Assembly (NCBI GenBank): GCA_040904505.1
Contig: JBBDTH010000024.1
Coordinates: forward strand, 1-53,382
Source: Rhodospirillales bacterium
GTDB taxonomy: Bacteria; Pseudomonadota; Alphaproteobacteria; Rhodospirillales; CALINB01
Reading direction: 5' to 3'
Length of the DNA stretch: 53,382 nucleotides
The stretch's first letter is position 1; the number at the start of each line of letters is the position of its first letter. The notes under the pieces were generated by a model. It saw only the letters and a list, made by a program, of their open reading frames with translations. It did not search any database and was not told the DNA's origin. Below, one piece after another: positions 52,480 through 53,382 of this stretch. The position numbers were made by a program, and so were the translations under genes.

Positions 52480-53232
52480 TCATAAGCGTTCGGGCTTCGG
52501 CCCGACGCGCCCGACGATCGGTAATTTAATCGCGAAGTCGAGAGGATCGAGCCCCCAGGTCAGGCCGAGGATATTCACCTCGACGCCTTCCTCGATGCCG
52601 GCCATGAGGCCGAGCAGGCCGAACAGCGAAAATTGGAAGCCCGTGCCGCTCGGCGATTTGGCGAAGATGTTCCCGTTGACCAGATAATCCTTGCCGATCG
52701 CGGTCGGCGGCAGATCGAGCTTCAATTCGGGCACGGCGCGGGCGACGAAGGCGGTAAACGTATTGGAGTTCGGCCCGGGCCAAACCGAGTAGCTGTTCAC
52801 GTAGGGGTAGCTGCGCGCGACCCGGTCGATCCGCTCGATGACCGCGTCGACGCCGTCGCCGCGCAGGTCGGCAAGGACCTCGGGCATGTTGCCGAACCAC
52901 CGGCCGTCCGGCGCGCGTTCGGTGATCACCAGCACCGGCTCGTCGTAATAGGCGCGCCAGCCGATCACTTCGTAAACGGTATAGGCGGTCGCGCCCTCGG
53001 GTTTCACGGCGATCCAGGTATGCACCCCGAAGGTGCCGCGCCAGGAATAGGCGCGCGCGGCATAAACCTGCACGAGGGCTTCCGTCACGACGGCCGGATC
53101 GGGCGCGATCCCCGCCGATTCCCGGCTCGCGGTCCGCCAGTCAGCCATGCCCGCCCGTCCCCCCGCGAACAACGCCGCGCAGATTACGAACAGAAGGAAA
53201 ACGGCACCGGTCAGTCGCAGACATTTATGCAT
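52480..53232 (-). CDS. DUF3750 domain protein, exported
   Basis: Signal peptide; W..A.R.SAG.AP.P, VQVYAAR...WRG.F.VHTWI..K, PD.RWFG..P, Y..WPGPNSNTF, LPPTAIGKDY. Confidence 0.85.
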   Translation of the reverse strand: MHKCLRLTGAVFLLFVICAALFAGGRAGMADWRTASRESAGIAPDPAVVTEALVQVYAARAYSWRGTFGVHTWIAVKPEGATAYTVYEVIGWRAYYDEPVLVITERAPDGRWFGNMPEVLADLRGDGVDAVIERIDRVARSYPYVNSYSVWPGPNSNTFTAFVARAVPELKLDLPPTAIGKDYLVNGNIFAKSPSGTGFQFSLFGLLGLMAGIEEGVEVNILGLTWGLDPLDFAIKLPIVGRVGPKPERL

Positions 53233-53329
53233 CAGGCGAAGATTAAGACCCCAGAATTGTGGCGCCAAGAGGGCACGGGTCACGAAACGGTGAGAAAATC
53301 GGCCAAAACGGCCTGTAATGATCCTAAAG

Positions 53330-53382
53330 CTAGAGCAGGTTCATTGAAAAAGGAATCGGAAGGGGATTCCCAAACGGCGTGA
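53330..53382 (+). mobile_element. Possible terminal sequence of an IS or MITE, truncated by the window edge
   Basis: CTAGAGCA followed by a GGAATC...GATTCC hairpin; resembles, from memory, ends of alphaproteobacterial IS5/IS630-type elements. No transposase in the window. Confidence 0.3.

Overview
GC-rich alphaproteobacterial chromosome segment (gene order and protein sequences look Rhodospirillales-like; this is inference). It is mostly core genome: the complete dcw cluster on the minus strand (mraZ-rsmH-ftsL-ftsI-murE-murF-mraY-murD-ftsW-murG-murC-murB-ddl-ftsQ-ftsA-ftsZ-lpxC-bamD-recN-ligA), the mutY / dciA-dsbA-smc block, the F0 ATP synthase operon (atpI-B-E-F'-F), apt, cytochrome c2, rnpB with an amidase, and djlA. 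Accessory pockets are: (i) 1-7434, with three glycosyltransferases, fetAB, a histidine phosphatase, DUF47-pit and an orphan TRAP binding protein; (ii) 17266-22432, with a quinone reductase, OsmC, small proteins, a cupin, two tandem FliL-like exported paralogs and TauE; (iii) a tandem pair of atypical ornithine cyclodeaminase-family genes between mraZ and rnpB; (iv) 50939-53382, with an atypical cupin, a nested palindromic repeat, DUF3750 and a possible IS end. Non-coding signals read directly from the sequence include a triple Pho-box-like repeat, two perfect DnaA boxes, a six-unit MraZ-box array and an epsilon-like repeat before atpE. I found no CRISPR array, rRNA, tRNA, prophage or complete transposase. 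No large novel system is evident. The best candidates for undescribed biology are the FliL-like pair, the OCD-like pair and the DnaA-box/TRAP locus. All family assignments come from motif recognition, not database searches.
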